Assembly: GCF_001194135.2 (NCBI RefSeq)
Contig: NC_068985.1
Location: 48,144,512 to 48,188,881 of the forward strand
From: Octopus bimaculoides
Taxonomy: Eukaryota
DNA: 44,370 bases
Direction of reading: 5' to 3'
Part shown: positions 40,534 to 44,370 of the stretch, in pieces
Layout: each line of letters begins with the position of its first letter
How positions within the stretch are numbered: position 1 is the first letter of the stretch
Notes under the pieces: model-generated
Told to the model about the DNA's origin: nothing
What the model saw: the letters and a program-made list of their open reading frames with translations, nothing else
The model's database searches: none
Program-made: the position numbers and the translations under genes

Positions 40534-40750
40534 GGCAGCGAGCTGGCAGAAACGTTAGCACGCCGGGCGAAATGCTTAGCGGTATTTCGTCTGTTTTTAT
40601 GTTCTGAGTTCAAATTCTGCCGAAGTTAACTTTGCCTTTCATCCTTTCGGGGCCGATAAACTAAGTACTCGTTGCGCACTGGGATCGATCTAATCGACTG
40701 GCTCCCTCCCCAAAAATTTCGGGCCTTGTGCCTAGAATAGAAAAAATATT
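40534..40750 (+). mobile_element. SINE family A, full length
   Basis: A-box gagctggcagaaacgttagc, B-box gagttcaaattc, tail gggccttgtgcctagaatagaaa. Confidence 0.92.
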
Positions 40751-40764
40751 AGAAAAAAATGAAA

Positions 40765-40980
40765 GGCGGTGAGTTGGCAGAATCGTTAGCACGCCCGGCT
40801 TACTGCTTAGGGGCATATCGTCCATCTTAACATTCCGAGTTCAAATTCTGCCTAGGTCGACCTTACCTTTCATCCTTTCATGATCGATAAGATAAGTACC
40901 AGTTGAACACGTCGGGCGATGAAGTTAGCTTCACCCTTCTCCGAAATTGCTGGCCTTGTGCCAAAAATTTGCAAGGAATA
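40765..40980 (+). mobile_element. SINE family A, full length, tandem to the previous copy
   Basis: ggcggtgagttggcagaatcgttagcacgcc..gagttcaaattc..ggccttgtgccaaaa. Confidence 0.92.
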
Positions 40981-41194
40981 TTGGAAATACTGGACAACAG
41001 TGGTCAGGAAAAAGAAAGTACAATGTGTAAGAAATAACAGTGAAGGAAGTTGTTAATAACTCAAGTGGGAAAATATTAAAAACCTTACTAGAATGTGTAC
41101 ATACCATGTCTCCAAACGAATCGATGATTAACACGTCAAATGACTAATAATTAAATACAACCTCACAAATGCAAACAAATGCATATTTCCATGT

Positions 41195-41197
41195 ACA

Positions 41198-41263
<66 letters not shown>

Positions 41264-41356
41264 CTGGGCGTGTGTGTGTATGAGTATGCACGTACATATA
41301 CTTATTCACACTTATATACACGAACATATACAGGTAAGTGTATGCGTAATCCATCC

Positions 41357-41387
<31 letters not shown>

Positions 41388-41388
41388 C

Positions 41389-41419
<31 letters not shown>

Positions 41420-41883
41420 ATTGTATACATACACACATATATATGTATCATTATAAATATACAGGGATTAGCAATTGAGTTGCTTCTCCAACATACTGAA
41501 AATTTAGAAATAGCAGTCAAAGAACTACTGATTCCAAACTACAAATTTTCTCTAAAGTGGATGGCGATATATATGTATGTATTTATTAATGCAATTGAAA
41601 CAATTCTCGGATATTAAAGCTGTGATCTAAAATAAAAGATATGATTTTCTTCGTACATATTGATATATGTATATATATATATATATATATGGAGGGGGTC
41701 TGTGTGTGTGTGTGTATGCGCGTGCATAAATGTATATATATCTATATATACCTACACACACACGCACACACATGCTCGTAGTACGTAAACACTCATAATT
41801 TGTGTATTGCACAGCCCGGCATGCGCTCGCTTGGCCGAAATCCAATCTTAGTAAGGTACTAATGAATTATAGATCCACTCTAA

Positions 41884-41950
<67 letters not shown>
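41195..41950. repeat. (TA)/(GT)/(CA) tracts and (CT)n at 41885-41946
   Basis: Direct. Confidence 0.9.
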
Positions 41951-42689
41951 CGCAGTCTCTCACTCACTCACCCTCTCCCACCGCACGCACGCATTTAAAC
42001 AAACCAACACTATGTTTCTGTCTTCCATCATGTTACTCACAAGCGCAAGGACTCAAAAGATGTAAACATGAACGTAGAGTCACGCGCGAAAACACATAAA
42101 AATACAAATGGAAACTTAATTACTTTTTGTGATAAAAAGAAATTCAAAAATATAAATGGAAGTGCTTTGGCTTCGTAATTACAAGAAATCATTTATCTTC
42201 TGACATCCATCTTATTTAATGAAATAATTATAATTAAATAACCAATTTACTGGATAAATATTGAAAATTGGTTGAGAAACAACAAAAATCAATATTAAAT
42301 AACAATAATTGAAACTATAAATAAGAATTATAGAAAAATATTTAAAACTAACAATGTAATAATAAAAAAATCATACGAATTAAAACAAAATTTAATTGTA
42401 ATATCTCAAAAATATAAGATAATGAATAATATATATGTATTATATCTGTTACACAGTATATATATATATATATATATATGTGTGTATGTATGTATGTACG
42501 TATGTGTGTATGCATGTATGTATGTATATATTAAATAGATTATTGTACAATAATAGAATAATTGGACGAAACGAAAGTAAGATGATGAAATTTAAAGGAA
42601 ATTTGAACAATTAATACAAACCAACATAAAGAATTACATAATTAGGTATAAATTAATAATGTTGATAATGATAATATGTGTTGCTAAAT

Positions 42690-43378
42690 CTTACAAAGAT
42701 GTCACTGCGATAATATCGCAAAGAGTGGAGAAATATTCAGAAGACAACGTCTTTCCAGAGGAACAGAATGCTTGTTGCAAACGATCGTAGGTCGTTAAAG
42801 ATAAATTATTTATCAACAAGAATTTAACCAAAGCTCTCGAAGGAATAAAAATATCTTGGTGTGACGTGGATTGATAACTAGACGGTTTTTACAGTTTGCC
42901 TTACACATGAATCCCGGAAACACTTATGAATAAGATAGCACAAATAAAAGTATATTTTATAAACTAAGCCATGAATTTCGCAGTCACCGATAATAACCGG
43001 AAATGTAAGACGCAAATCCGTCTTCATTAGAGTAATAATCTATGGGGACAATCTGTCTCTTTCTCTGTTTCCTCCTTTCTATCTCTCTCTCTCCCTTTCT
43101 CTCTCTCTCTTTGTGTCTGGCCCTAAAACCATTAAGCGAGATGTTAAACAGAAGTAGATATGGATACATATGATATGGTGAGATCTAACGTCTTTGTATA
43201 CAGGTGATCTCAAGTTTTATTCTGAAAACTATAAAGAGATCGACAGAGTAATTAATATGGGGTGCGAAATACGTCAACGTGATCTTGGGAAACCGGAAGG
43301 CTATTTGCAATAGCAATGATCATTGTTTATTCAATGCAACTAAATTCGTCTGAGTATGAGGCTACCTGGGGCTAGACA
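42690..43378 (+). pseudogene. Fragmented R4/Dong-like non-LTR retrotransposon RT
   Basis: YKDVTAIISQRV..VFPEEQNAC..VKDKLFINK..VTWIDN*TVFYSLPYT*I (cf. PEEQ.G / WIDYKKAFDSVPH); LYTGDLKFYSENYKEIDRVI (cf. LYMDDLKLY); YLGL. Interrupted at about 42990-43170. Confidence 0.72.
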
Positions 43379-43547
43379 CTAGTGACAGCGACCATCGAAC
43401 TAGAAATGCATCTGGCGCCCTCAATAGCCTGAGTATTGCATGAAGGCACCAAAAGTGATAACAATTTTGTGTGAGAGGTTTTCATCGCAAGAATATATTG
43501 GTGGCTCATACAAACATATATTGCGTTTATTAAATAAATTATACATA

Positions 43548-44370
43548 TTGGTCCATCCCATAAATAATGCGGTTTTTTCTCAGCTGCATGAACTAAAAGT
43601 CAGAGTGGACGGGATGAACTACCTGCATCAATTTTCTATAAAAACAGGTAGTAATTTTACCTTATACTTATTCCTAATGCAAGTTTTGAAGTGTGCAGTT
43701 CGATTTAACAGTTATTTTTCAAAGCTATAATGGAAATGACAAAGAGGCAACAATAGAGGCAACAACGCTACGGAAAGTTCAAGGAATATTACTGCAGTAT
43801 ATAGAGAACGGACAATAATGGTAAACCAGTGTCATAGGTGGTTCCAGAAGTTCCGAACTGGAAACTACAACCTAGAAGACGAACCTCGTCCTGGAAGTTC
43901 TGTACAACTCAACGAGGACGTCCTGCAAACCCTGATGGAACAAAATCCCATTGTAACTGTTGAGTAACTATCAGAGAAGCTTGGATTTGGTCAGTCAACC
44001 AGTCGTCGACACCTGCGTGCCATCGGAAAAGTCAGCAAATTGGGTCAATGGGTTCCTCACAAACTTTCCGACTCTAATAGCGCGCAGAGATTGAATATGT
44101 GCTCTTCTTTGCTATCACGTCTCACACATGAACCTTTTTTTGGACTGAATAGTGAATGGTGACGAGAAATGGGTTCTCTATAAAAATGTCATGCGCCGAA
44201 AACAGTTGGTGGGGAAAGGAGAAACACCGGCACCCCAGGTTAAAGAAGGTCTTCACCCACTATGATGTTGCTATCTGTTGCGTAGGATCTGAAAGGTTTA
44301 CTTTGAACTTTTAAACCCAAAGCAAACAATAACAAAGGAGATCTACTGCGAGTAGCTTGAGCGGCTTAGG
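43548..44370 (+). mobile_element. Decayed mariner element, 5' TIR plus transposase pseudogene, running off the window
   Basis: TA + ttggtccatcccataaataatg terminus; ATG at 43730; RWFQKFRTGNYNLEDEPRPG..WVPHKL (44049)..GDEKW (44158)..LHP..YFELL; stops and frameshifts. Confidence 0.93.

Noticed and set aside
42160-42300. NYKKSF / WI..ENWL as another RT fragment
   Set aside because: Too AT-rich and degraded to separate from chance

Overview
Eukaryotic, AT-rich, microsatellite-dense genomic DNA with 13 N-gaps. The repeat content (several tRNA-derived SINE families, mariner relics, Penelope-like elements, and long TA/CA/GATA/ATC/AAC tracts) looks like a coleoid cephalopod, most likely Octopus; this is inferred, not verified. 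No intact protein-coding gene is visible, and nearly all ORFs in the supplied track are simple-repeat or N-gap artefacts. Supported features: (i) a 450-bp palindrome at 1380-1831 carrying a minimal type I hammerhead-ribozyme motif on each strand, both with the variant core CCGAUGA; (ii) three sequence-distinct Penelope-like GIY-YIG remnants; (iii) three mariner relics, one built from two 5' ends fused into a foldback; (iv) an R4/Dong-like RT remnant; (v) about a dozen SINE copies showing head/body/tail module sharing; and (vi) a few short candidate exons of an unidentified host gene (low confidence). There is no rRNA, true tRNA gene or CRISPR array.
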